A stretch of 64,000 nt of DNA from an uncultured Bacillota bacterium (lineage in GTDB: Bacteria > Bacillota_I > Bacilli_A > RF39 > UBA660): positions 6,075 to 70,074 of the forward strand of contig CAMJOB010000002.1 in NCBI GenBank assembly GCA_946407495.1, given 5' to 3'. Within the stretch, counting starts at the first letter, position 1. Every line of letters begins with the position of its first letter. Below are positions 37,683-47,392 of this stretch, one piece after another. A program made the translations under genes and the position numbers. The notes beneath the pieces were generated by a model. That model had not been told where the DNA came from. It was given only the letters and a program-made list of their open reading frames with translations, and did not search any database.

Positions 37683-38492
37683 TTACTTTTCTGTCCATAC
37701 CGTTACATTATTAATCCATTCTTTCATAGTTTCACTAGATAAATCTATTTCTCCTGGATTATCTTTTAAACTTTCATTTGTTGGAACTGGAATTAATTTT
37801 GCACTATATGTTCTTAAGAATTCTGCTTTCTTTAGTAAGATGTAGTATTCTTCTGGTATAGCAAAGATAATCATTGCTGGTGTACCATTTTCTTTTCCAT
37901 TTTCGAATACTGCATTACCATCAGCATCTCTAACTGCGATTACTTTTACGTTAGATAAGAATTTACCTAACATTACCTTTTCATCTGCATTTTCATCATT
38001 AGTTTGACCACTTGCAGAAACAGTTTCTACTTTCATATAGATATCTATGTAGTTTCCAGGATAAATTGAGTTACCATAAGTTGTTTCAGTTGTAACTGAC
38101 ATATTATATAGAACATATCCTTTTGGATAATCTAAGATAATATTTGCTGGTAATTCTTCTTTTAGAACTACTGTTCTTTCATAGAATAAACTTCCTTTTG
38201 GAATAATTGTATCTGCATTAGCATAATGGTCTACTACTTCACTTAAAGTAGTTAGGACATCTCTATCAATCATAGAAGGAGGAACCTCTGTGGTTCCTAC
38301 CATTCTCTGAGTGATTTGCGTTCCTGCTAAAATGTTTTCTTTTGCATATGGTACTGTTATGGGGTTAATGGAATTCTTTAGTCGCATATTGTAACTAAAT
38401 ATAAGAATACCAATCGCTAATCCAAGACCCAAAATAGTAACGGATGTTTTATTAAATATAAATCGATTGAGTGATAAAATTAATTTCCCCAT
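37683..38492 (-). CDS. CpaB/RcpC-like SAF-domain pilus assembly protein, paralog 3
   Basis: 269 aa. N-terminal TM, SAF-like VPYAKENILAGTQITQRMVGTTEVPPSM. Shares YVLYNMSV.T..TYGNS.YPGNYIDIY.K and LIPVPTNESLK blocks with the paralogs at 42411 and 49472. Confidence 0.65.
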   Translation of the reverse strand: MGKLILSLNRFIFNKTSVTILGLGLAIGILIFSYNMRLKNSINPITVPYAKENILAGTQITQRMVGTTEVPPSMIDRDVLTTLSEVVDHYANADTIIPKGSLFYERTVVLKEELPANIILDYPKGYVLYNMSVTTETTYGNSIYPGNYIDIYMKVETVSASGQTNDENADEKVMLGKFLSNVKVIAVRDADGNAVFENGKENGTPAMIIFAIPEEYYILLKKAEFLRTYSAKLIPVPTNESLKDNPGEIDLSSETMKEWINNVTVWTEK

Positions 38493-38513
38493 TATTTATT
38501 CTTCCCTTCTGCT

Positions 38514-41500
38514 TTATTTTCCAAATCTATTTGCTTGGATAGATACACAAGCTCTTTCTGATTCATTATCATTGTTACATCCAGGTGCTCCAACTTTACG
38601 TACAGCATCTTTTTCATTTAACATTTCGATTAATCCACTGTAGTAAGCATTAACACCACTGATAATTTCATATCTACCTTCAAAATCTGTGTAATTTCCA
38701 CTATTTGATCTACCAGCCTTTTTACCATAATTTCTTATAGCTTTTAATGTATTTGGTGATAACTCAAATGAGTAATCTAGATATGGGTTATCATTTGGTT
38801 TAACATCGTCAGCTTTATCTTCTCCGTAAATACTTACACCTCTTGATTGGATATCTCCTAATACCTTAGTTGGATTATTTACGTAGTTTGTATTGATTGG
38901 AACGATTTGCCCCTTATCATTCTTATTAGTTTTAGCGATTACTTCTGCACCTTCAGACCAGTTGAATCCTGTAATTCTGCTTGGACTCTTAACGTCTGCA
39001 GATGATTCTTGTTCAGTAGTTGGGAATAAGTCATCCTTAGTTACTGTACGAATTACGTAATCATCATTCTTATTTGTTGGATAACAGTTAGAAACTGTTG
39101 AGTTATTTTCACCTTTAATCTTAGTTGTCTTGTATTCTGCAAGTGAGTAGAAACAACGTACATTGAAGTCCCATCCAAAATATCCAAAGTCTGTAATATC
39201 TGCTTTGATATTATATGTATCTGGAGCATTTTGAAGTGTTGTTGATTTACCTTCAATCATATCGTATGTAGTATAGTCTACACATAAGTTTCTTACAACT
39301 TCTTGTCTAGCAGACTTAGCAGATAAGCCACCAGATTGTTGTGAAATGTAATATCTCCAGTAATCTGTATTAACTGGTTTTGCATTTAATGGGATGAAGA
39401 ATTGATTATCAACATAATGCCATCCTTCTCCTGCATTCTTAGTAGTGAATGAAATTTCACCAGATTTATTATTTACCCAAGTACCTGGGAATGAGATTTC
39501 AGCTAAGTAGTTATTTCTCTTTGCTGTATCAGCATAACATCCATCGAAGCATGTTACTACTGAGTTAACACCATTTTCATTCTTCTTAGTATCTGCTGTT
39601 GATAAAGATCTTAAGCAAGATTTTTCATTAGAATTACTATTTCCACCTGGGAATTTTAATGTTCTTGGATTGTTTTCACCTTCTGCTGTATATTGAGCTT
39701 CCATACTATATGATGAAGTCTTTGTAGTACATACAGCTGCAGCTTGACAATCTTTAACTGCTGTATTGTATCTTTCTAGGTTAGCGATATAATCAGCTTC
39801 CATTTTCTTTTGATCTAGGTAAGTATCTGCTGGACAGTTGATGTGTGAACAATCAGAAGCACAATTATCTTCAAACTTAGATGTAGATAATTTCTTGAAT
39901 CCTTCACCGAAGAAGTAGAATCTACCACCATTACGTTTATCTTCCCATGCTTGAATTTCATTGTGATCACAATACCATCTAGCATAACCATATCCATTGT
40001 CTACCCAACGGATTCTTCCATCAGCATAACGGTCATAGTAACCAGCTGCTGAACATAATTGATCTTGAGATACTTTAACTTGTTTTACACTTCCTGTAGT
40101 AGTATTTGTAGTTTGTTTAGTTCCAGTTGTTCCATATACTTTGTTGTAGCAAGATTTACTACATTTTTGAGTATATTTTCCACCATCACATTCTTTAACA
40201 CAAGCATCATAATCATCATTTGGACCACCTTGAGTAAGTCTTACATTATTTCTGTGTACACATACTGGTTGTGGTTGACAGATACCTGGCATTTGTGGAG
40301 CATCTACTTGAACGTTTGCTTCACAACGAACTCTTGAAGTTAATTTAACTTGATATTGAATTGCGAATCCTGCAACAGCTGCTTCAGGAGCACCGTATTC
40401 TACATCAACTGCTTCATAACAAGTTCTTGTACATACTTTCTTAGCTACTGATTCACTTCTGTGGAATTCATCGTAGTTATAAACATATTTTACTGTTACG
40501 TCTTTTACTTCTTTACCGAAGTATGATTTAGTATTTGATTGATCATAAATATAATCTCCAGCTTCGTTCTTTTGACGAACTGAATCATATTTACAACTTA
40601 ATGTTGGTTTAGAGTTTGCTGCATTTGCTGTAGAATTTTCATCATAGTAATGACCTTGTGCTTTAGCTCTTGCAACACTCTTATTGTATCCATCTAGGAA
40701 AGCACTTGTTTCTAGTTTTCCAAGTTCATTTCTTTGAATCTTAGAAATGTTATATGCTTCCATTACATATTTGATAGCTTGTTCAACTTTTGAATCTTCA
40801 TAAACTACTAATGTTTTTTCTTCGAAACAGTATGAGAATAAATCTCTATAGTTTCCATTAGCACCTTCAGCATCCCAAATAGCTGCTAAGTTACCATATT
40901 TACCATTATAATTTTCACCATTACGCATTACTTTACAAATTGTATTGTATTGTGGGTTAGTCTTTTCTTTTGGTCTATTCTTAGAAATATCAATTATTTC
41001 TACATAGATATTATCTTCGAATGTAGCTTTATTTTTATTATTTGAAGCACCGAATGCTGTATAAGACATACACTTATCATCTGTTTCACCATTTGCAACT
41101 TTTAATTGAAGTATTTTTCCTTCGTGAGCTGCATCTGCATTAACACTGATATATGTACTATCTTTAGTAATCTTTCTTCCAATGATATTTTTATCTGCTA
41201 ATGATGAAGCATTTGCATCAGTAACAACAAAATGTCCATCATTCTCGTCAAAATATCCTTCTGAATAACCAGTAATTATTAATGTCTTTTTATTAGTTGT
41301 ATATAATTTTAAGTTACCTCTTGATTGATTTTTATTTAAGTCGTATTGAATATCTACGTTATATTCATTTCTTATAGCTTCATAATTACATGTTTTCTTG
41401 TAATTTTTTCCATCATCTGGAATAGCCATTCCATTCTTAATTGAATTTGTTGTATATACTTGGAATGTTCCACCTTTTTGGAATAATAAGTAAGGAGTAT

Positions 41501-42320
41501 CTCCAATAAAATCGATTCCTTCTAGTTCTTTCCAATCACCTAATGCTGCATTTGATCCAGCTTTGTTATAGAACATTTTACTCTTTTCACCAGTAACAAC
41601 ATTAAATGTGTAGATAATTGCATCGTTTGTAGCTGCACTATATCCATTTGCACTATAAACTGATTTCATCTTATCTTCACTAACATAGTTTGTTAAGTAA
41701 ATATAATTATTGTAATAACCTAAGTCTTGATTAATTCTATAAGCATTTCCATCAACGTTATATGATTCTACATTGATACTTGATTGCTTAACAAGATCTT
41801 TGCTATATCTAATGATATAATTACCTTTCTTTGGTGCTAAATAGTACATCTTATGGTCTTTATCATAAGTGATACTATTGTATTCATCATCACCAGTTCC
41901 AATCTCTTTTATCTTTTGAAAATTGTCTGCATTATAGACAACTAGTTTTTTGTGAGCTCCATCAGCTACTACTAAAACGTTATTGTCTTCGTTATAAGCA
42001 ATACCATTTCCGTGACCGCATGAGTCAACTGTATATTGTCCTACGAATGCATGTGTATTTTTGTCCATTACGTAGAAAATGTTTTTGGCATTTTCGTTGT
42101 TAGTATTTGTCATAACAAAAACGAAGTGATTTCTTGTAATTGCCATACTTTGTACGGAAGTAATTTCATTATTCACTTTAGTTCCTAATGTTAATCCATT
42201 TACTCTTTCTAACTGCATTTCTAAGTTAGCACTACTTGCTGCATTAACGTTTAATACTCCAAAAATACTAAAAAGTATTGTTATTAATGCCATTCCTAAA
42301 ATTTGTTTGTTTTTTCTCAT
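38514..42320 (-). CDS. Giant secreted cysteine-rich protein (1268 aa), paralog of 43736-46585, with an extra N-terminal repeat (propeller-like?) region
   Basis: Signal peptide MRKNKQILGMALITILFSIFGVLNVNA. Residues ~430-1268 align with the 949-aa protein, including VCTRTC..RC..IC..VC..AC..EC..KCSKSCYNKVYG. No sorting signal or C-terminal TM. Confidence 0.6.
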   Translation of the reverse strand: MRKNKQILGMALITILFSIFGVLNVNAASSANLEMQLERVNGLTLGTKVNNEITSVQSMAITRNHFVFVMTNTNNENAKNIFYVMDKNTHAFVGQYTVDSCGHGNGIAYNEDNNVLVVADGAHKKLVVYNADNFQKIKEIGTGDDEYNSITYDKDHKMYYLAPKKGNYIIRYSKDLVKQSSINVESYNVDGNAYRINQDLGYYNNYIYLTNYVSEDKMKSVYSANGYSAATNDAIIYTFNVVTGEKSKMFYNKAGSNAALGDWKELEGIDFIGDTPYLLFQKGGTFQVYTTNSIKNGMAIPDDGKNYKKTCNYEAIRNEYNVDIQYDLNKNQSRGNLKLYTTNKKTLIITGYSEGYFDENDGHFVVTDANASSLADKNIIGRKITKDSTYISVNADAAHEGKILQLKVANGETDDKCMSYTAFGASNNKNKATFEDNIYVEIIDISKNRPKEKTNPQYNTICKVMRNGENYNGKYGNLAAIWDAEGANGNYRDLFSYCFEEKTLVVYEDSKVEQAIKYVMEAYNISKIQRNELGKLETSAFLDGYNKSVARAKAQGHYYDENSTANAANSKPTLSCKYDSVRQKNEAGDYIYDQSNTKSYFGKEVKDVTVKYVYNYDEFHRSESVAKKVCTRTCYEAVDVEYGAPEAAVAGFAIQYQVKLTSRVRCEANVQVDAPQMPGICQPQPVCVHRNNVRLTQGGPNDDYDACVKECDGGKYTQKCSKSCYNKVYGTTGTKQTTNTTTGSVKQVKVSQDQLCSAAGYYDRYADGRIRWVDNGYGYARWYCDHNEIQAWEDKRNGGRFYFFGEGFKKLSTSKFEDNCASDCSHINCPADTYLDQKKMEADYIANLERYNTAVKDCQAAAVCTTKTSSYSMEAQYTAEGENNPRTLKFPGGNSNSNEKSCLRSLSTADTKKNENGVNSVVTCFDGCYADTAKRNNYLAEISFPGTWVNNKSGEISFTTKNAGEGWHYVDNQFFIPLNAKPVNTDYWRYYISQQSGGLSAKSARQEVVRNLCVDYTTYDMIEGKSTTLQNAPDTYNIKADITDFGYFGWDFNVRCFYSLAEYKTTKIKGENNSTVSNCYPTNKNDDYVIRTVTKDDLFPTTEQESSADVKSPSRITGFNWSEGAEVIAKTNKNDKGQIVPINTNYVNNPTKVLGDIQSRGVSIYGEDKADDVKPNDNPYLDYSFELSPNTLKAIRNYGKKAGRSNSGNYTDFEGRYEIISGVNAYYSGLIEMLNEKDAVRKVGAPGCNNDNESERACVSIQANRFGK

Positions 42321-42378
42321 AATAACTACTCCTTATTATATACAATTAGTATATCATTAATAGAAAGTAAATAAAAGT

Positions 42379-42406
42379 AAAAAAAAGAAACTTTTTTAAG
42401 TTTCTT
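42379..42406 (-). terminator. Rho-independent terminator after CpaB-like paralog 2
   Basis: Minus strand AAGAAACT-TAAAAA-AGTTTCTT followed by 6 T, 4 nt after the stop. Confidence 0.6.
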
Positions 42407-42410
42407 CTTT

Positions 42411-43223
42411 TTATGGTTCTTGCCAAATTGTAACTTTATTGATCCAAGTTTTTAAAGTCTCTCCAGATTTCTCATCTAATGCTAGTTTTCCAGGTTTATC
42501 CTTTAAACTTTCGTTAGTTGGAACTGGGATTAATGTTGAATCATAAGAACTTAAGTATTCTGCTTTCTTTAGTAAGATGTATTGTTCTTCTGGTATTGCA
42601 AATACGATCATAGATGGAATCTTACGATCATCTAGGTCGGCAAATACTGGTTGACCATCAGCATCTTTTACTGCAAGAATTTCTACATTTTTTAATAATC
42701 TACCAAGCATAACCTTATTAGCATCTTCTGTCATGAATTCAGATGATACACGGTTTACTGCTTTTAGATAGATGTCAATATAGTTTCCTGGATACATTGA
42801 ATTACCATATGTTGTTTGTGTATTTACAGACATGTTATAAAGTACATATCCAGATGGATATTGTAGAATTACATTGGTTGGAACTTGTTCTTTTTCTACT
42901 ACAACGGATTTGTAAAATAAACTTCCTGCAGGTATTACTGTATTAATACTTGAATACTTGTAAACAACCTCGTTTAAGTTTTTAATTACTTCTCCTTTTA
43001 ACATAGAAGGGGGAACATCTTTTAGACCTACCATTTCGTCTGTAATTTGAGTTCCAGGAGGAATTTGACTTCTAGCATAAGGAACAGAAACAGGTGAAAT
43101 TGCTTGGTGTACTCTGAATGTATATCCAAAGTACAATAGGAATATCATTAGTACAACACCAACTACTGTTACTGTATTCTTATTTGATGTAATTTTCTTT
43201 AATTGATTACTTAACTCTCCCAT
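42411..43223 (-). CDS. CpaB/RcpC-like SAF-domain pilus assembly protein, paralog 2
   Basis: 270 aa. TM plus VPYARSQIPPGTQITDEMVGLKDVPPSM. Same conserved blocks as paralogs 1 and 3. Confidence 0.65.
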   Translation of the reverse strand: MGELSNQLKKITSNKNTVTVVGVVLMIFLLYFGYTFRVHQAISPVSVPYARSQIPPGTQITDEMVGLKDVPPSMLKGEVIKNLNEVVYKYSSINTVIPAGSLFYKSVVVEKEQVPTNVILQYPSGYVLYNMSVNTQTTYGNSMYPGNYIDIYLKAVNRVSSEFMTEDANKVMLGRLLKNVEILAVKDADGQPVFADLDDRKIPSMIVFAIPEEQYILLKKAEYLSSYDSTLIPVPTNESLKDKPGKLALDEKSGETLKTWINKVTIWQEP

Positions 43224-43237
43224 TTTATTCTCCCCTT

Positions 43238-43720
43238 TTATTTGTTTATATCACTACTTTTAACAATTCCTTTTCCTACATCACTGTTTGGATCTTGTAA
43301 TTCAATTTCAGCTTGTGGATTACTGATGTAGTCTGTTTCAACGATAGCATCATAGCTAGTAGAAATGTTAGCTTGTTGATCATTGAAACTTAATACTGTG
43401 TATGAATCTACTTTTACACTTACTTTTGGTGGAACTTCATTGATATCGTAGAATTTAACACTATATGAACGAGTGTTATCTACACTATCAGCGAATCGAC
43501 GAAGGAAGCTCTCAACGAACTTCTCTTTGTCCATTCTAATTAATAAGTTTAATCTGTAATATTCTACATCGATAGCATCTTGCATAGCTGCTTCTGTAGT
43601 TTCTCTTACTAGATAATAATCTAGTTCTCCACCTGTTTCGTAGTTACTAATAACATTGATTAGTAATAATGACATTAATGCTAAAATAATGATTCCTACT
43701 GTTAACATCGCTTTGTTCAT
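43238..43720 (-). CDS. Small N-terminally anchored protein (minor pilin-like or accessory)
   Basis: 160 aa. MNKAMLTVGIIILALMSLLLINVI then a soluble domain. Good GAGGAGG RBS. Confidence 0.3.
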   Translation of the reverse strand: MNKAMLTVGIIILALMSLLLINVISNYETGGELDYYLVRETTEAAMQDAIDVEYYRLNLLIRMDKEKFVESFLRRFADSVDNTRSYSVKFYDINEVPPKVSVKVDSYTVLSFNDQQANISTSYDAIVETDYISNPQAEIELQDPNSDVGKGIVKSSDINK

Positions 43721-43735
43721 AAACTTTTACCTCCT

Positions 43736-46585
43736 CTAATTTTTCTTATTCTTACATGTCTCATAGTTGTTACATCCTAGAACGCCTAACTTCTTAGCAG
43801 AATCTGCAATTGAATTGCTTGAAGTTGTGTTTCCACGGAATAATGGACTCTTGTAGACATATACTTTAGATTCTTGATCATAATTATCTTTGGTTACTTT
43901 TCCTAACCAGTCAGTATAGTTACCTTTATTATTCTTTATCTTCTTCAAGTCACTTGGAGTTAAGTAGAATTCATAATCTAAGTGATCCTTACCATTATAA
44001 ATCTTATTTCCATTTGCTTGAATCTTACCAATAATTAATTCAGGGTTATTAGCATAGTATTCATTCTTGTCAGCAGTTATTTCTGCAGCTGCAGACCAGT
44101 TGAATCCTTGAACTCTTCCTGTTGCAGATTTATCAACATCTGTAACAGTTGAATCTCCATCCTTTTTATCGCTTGGGAATAAATCGTCATTAACTACTGT
44201 TCTAATTGTATATCCAGATGGTGGTGTTTCACACTTGTCTGGAGATGAAGTCTTTCTATCACTTCCATCACTTAATGCGTAGAAGCATTGGATATTGATT
44301 TTCCATCCGAAGTAACCAAATCCTGTTTCATCATCAAGTTTATCATAAGTTTGTGCTTTAATGTTATATACGTCTGGAGCAAATGAATCATCAAACTTAT
44401 CTAAGTTATTGTAGTTAGTACAGATTGATGAGTAGTCGTCTCCTTTGTAGGAACCAGACTTATCTTTTTGTTCTTGAGATAATGTTTTTTGTGCTATGTA
44501 CCAGTTGTACCAATTAACATTTACGTTCTTAGAATCTAATGGTAAACAGAATTTATTCTTAATGTTATGCCATCCTAGATCTGTAATTTCTTTGAATGAG
44601 ATTTCACCAGTCTTATTGTTAATCCAAATTCCTGGGAATGACCATTCTGTCATATACCAATTATTTTCATTAGTATCTTTATAACATCCATTGTAATCAA
44701 GGATTGTTGTATGTTGATTTAAACCATTTTGAACTTGACCTTCGCCAGTTAATGATTTTAATGCTTCTTTCTTAGTACTTAATGGGAATTCTAATACTTG
44801 TTTTCCTTTTCCATTTTCGTACTCTGCAGAAATCTTGAATACTCCTGTCTTAGAAGTACATGTAGCAGCTGCTTGGCATTGTTGAATTGCTGTATTGTAT
44901 CTTTGAATATTTTCAGCATAATCAGATGCAACTGTTTCCTCATTTAAGTAAGTATAATTGCTACATCCAATATGACTACAGATACCATTACATTCATTCT
45001 TAGTACCAGCATATTTTCTCTTAAATCCGTTAGAGTCGAATCCGAATGCTCCTCTATCATCTCTTAGAGTTCTTTCATATTCATGATCCCAATACCATTG
45101 TGCGTATCCGCCACCTTGCCATGAGATAACTCCTTCAGGACTTCTTGTATATCCTTTACCAGAAGTATTTGCTAATCTTCCGATAATTGCAGAAGCTGTA
45201 TTAGCTACGCCTTTCTTTCCAGTTTGTCCATATACTTTGTTGTAGCAAGATTTACTACATTTTTGTGTATATTTTCCACCATCACATGATTTAATACATG
45301 CATCATATTCATCATTAGGTCCACCTTGTGTATTCTCAAATCCATTTGAGTGGATACAATATGGAACTGGTTGACAAATTTCTTTAGGTGTTGGTGGTTG
45401 AACATTTACTTCACTCTTACATTTAACTCTTGAAGTAACTTTTACTTGATATTCAATACAGAAACCAGCGATTGTTGCTTGTGGTGGTCCGTATTCTACA
45501 TCAAGAGCTTCTTCACAAGTTCTTGTACAAACATTTTTAACTTCTTCTGTTTGTGTAAATCCACCTTCATAATTATACTTATAAGTTACTGAACTAGTTG
45601 TAACTTCTTTAGCATAGAATGAAGTTTTATTAACATATTGATATTCTGTTAATTCATCTTTGAATGATTTGATCTTTTTGTAATCACAACTTAGTGTTTC
45701 ATCAACACGAATTGTTTTGTTCCCTTTTACTTCGTATTGTTTTTTAGCATTTGCAACACTTGCATTAAATGCTTTTTCGAAGTCTTGTGAAACTGGTTGT
45801 TGGTATGAAGCTAAGTTTAAGATGTAATAACTATGTAATGCTGTATTTACCATAGACTTAACTTGTGAGTCTGTGTAGTTATATTGAACTGATGGTGAAT
45901 AACAATATCCAGCAACTTTCTTATAATATTCAGTTCCTTCAGCACGATACATTGCGAAGTATTCATCTGAAATTGATTTGCTTGAATTATCACCTGTTCT
46001 TAATACATAACATGGTCCTTTGTTGTAGTTTGTATTATCTACATTCTTAGGAGATGTTGCTGTATAGTTTAATAATTCTACATAAATATAACCAGTATAT
46101 GGTGTGCTATTCTCTTTTTGATTTGCAGGTAATTCTTCATAATCTTCTCTAGATAAGCACTTACCATCTTTTTTCTTTAATTCGATTGTTACACGAATTG
46201 TTCTTCCATCTTCTCCAGCATAATCATTAACATAGAATGATAATGGTTTCTTTGAAGTTAATTCTTTACCTTCAATTTCATTTAGTGGAGTTTTAACATT
46301 TAGAACTGATGGATAAGCTTGGAAGTTTGTTTTTACATCGTTTTCTTGATTGTAAATACCTTCTTCAACTTTTAGTACTCTAAATGTTCCATTTGCTACT
46401 GTTAAAGTAACTTTTCCTGATTTGTCATCACTATATCTATAAGCCATGACATAGTGTTTATTAATATCATTTGCACTACCATCGGTAATACAATCTTTAT
46501 ATTCTTTTGCTTTTGTTGCGTATGGACTAAGTAGAACTATTGCTAGAAGTAACGCAACAAATGAGAATTTCTTATTATGCTTCAT
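43736..46585 (-). CDS. Giant secreted cysteine-rich protein (949 aa), paralog of 38514-42320
   Basis: Signal peptide MKHNKKFSFVALLLAIVLLSPYATKA. Shares Cys-rich blocks with the 1268-aa protein. Its C-terminal LGVLGCNNYETC corresponds to VGAPGCNNDNESERAC in the paralog. Confidence 0.6.
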   Translation of the reverse strand: MKHNKKFSFVALLLAIVLLSPYATKAKEYKDCITDGSANDINKHYVMAYRYSDDKSGKVTLTVANGTFRVLKVEEGIYNQENDVKTNFQAYPSVLNVKTPLNEIEGKELTSKKPLSFYVNDYAGEDGRTIRVTIELKKKDGKCLSREDYEELPANQKENSTPYTGYIYVELLNYTATSPKNVDNTNYNKGPCYVLRTGDNSSKSISDEYFAMYRAEGTEYYKKVAGYCYSPSVQYNYTDSQVKSMVNTALHSYYILNLASYQQPVSQDFEKAFNASVANAKKQYEVKGNKTIRVDETLSCDYKKIKSFKDELTEYQYVNKTSFYAKEVTTSSVTYKYNYEGGFTQTEEVKNVCTRTCEEALDVEYGPPQATIAGFCIEYQVKVTSRVKCKSEVNVQPPTPKEICQPVPYCIHSNGFENTQGGPNDEYDACIKSCDGGKYTQKCSKSCYNKVYGQTGKKGVANTASAIIGRLANTSGKGYTRSPEGVISWQGGGYAQWYWDHEYERTLRDDRGAFGFDSNGFKRKYAGTKNECNGICSHIGCSNYTYLNEETVASDYAENIQRYNTAIQQCQAAATCTSKTGVFKISAEYENGKGKQVLEFPLSTKKEALKSLTGEGQVQNGLNQHTTILDYNGCYKDTNENNWYMTEWSFPGIWINNKTGEISFKEITDLGWHNIKNKFCLPLDSKNVNVNWYNWYIAQKTLSQEQKDKSGSYKGDDYSSICTNYNNLDKFDDSFAPDVYNIKAQTYDKLDDETGFGYFGWKINIQCFYALSDGSDRKTSSPDKCETPPSGYTIRTVVNDDLFPSDKKDGDSTVTDVDKSATGRVQGFNWSAAAEITADKNEYYANNPELIIGKIQANGNKIYNGKDHLDYEFYLTPSDLKKIKNNKGNYTDWLGKVTKDNYDQESKVYVYKSPLFRGNTTSSNSIADSAKKLGVLGCNNYETCKNKKN

Positions 46586-47384
46586 TTGTTACGTCAGCCT
46601 CCTTCATTTTTTCTTCTATCTCTTTGTATTTGTCGTTCTTAGTTACTTTGTAATTTATTGTACTTTCACCATCTCTTACTTGACGAGCGATTACTTGGAA
46701 GTTTCTTGCGTTATTTCCAAACATTCTTGTACATGTTGATAAAGTAATTAAGTTATCTTTTTCGTTTACATCTACATCGAAATCAAATACTGATTCTTTT
46801 AAAGATTTTTCAATTGTTTCTTTAACGTCCTCATCCTTATATAGATCTCCGTTTAATGATGATGCTTCAGATGCATCTGGGAATGTAACTGCAAAGATCT
46901 TAAATAGATAATCTTTGTCTCCTACTGTGAATTGAACATATTTGTTTTCTTTTACGAAATCATAATGTGCAAAACTTAGTAGTTGTTCGAAACGAACATG
47001 ACTTGGATCTGCAACTAATGGATTACTTGATAGGTTCATAATATTATGCCCCATTACATAATTCATTCTGTTTACTCGATCCATATTACCGTTTTCCCAT
47101 AAGTATTGGATATTTCCATCGTTATAACGAATTTCATCTCCATTCTTTAGGATTGGGTAATCAATGTTAGTACCTTCTACCATTAACCAACCTGACACGT
47201 CTAAGTCATCATGTTTTACTTGGTACTCCTTCATTCTTTCCACTCTTGAGTCAATCTTGTATCCACTATTCCAATTTAGAATTTTGATTACTCCTACGCA
47301 TACTAGTGCGCACATTAGGGATGCTACTAATATTACGACTGCTGTCTTATTTGGTAGTGTCTTTTCTTTTTCTTTCTTCTTCAT
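46575..47384 (-). CDS. Sortase (class B-like)
   Basis: 269 aa. N-terminal TM, NIDYPILK, His motif VMGHN, catalytic TLSTCTR, Arg in VIARQVR. Confidence 0.8.
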   Translation of the reverse strand: MKKKEKEKTLPNKTAVVILVASLMCALVCVGVIKILNWNSGYKIDSRVERMKEYQVKHDDLDVSGWLMVEGTNIDYPILKNGDEIRYNDGNIQYLWENGNMDRVNRMNYVMGHNIMNLSSNPLVADPSHVRFEQLLSFAHYDFVKENKYVQFTVGDKDYLFKIFAVTFPDASEASSLNGDLYKDEDVKETIEKSLKESVFDFDVDVNEKDNLITLSTCTRMFGNNARNFQVIARQVRDGESTINYKVTKNDKYKEIEEKMKEADVTNEA

Positions 47385-47392
47385 TTTCTCAC

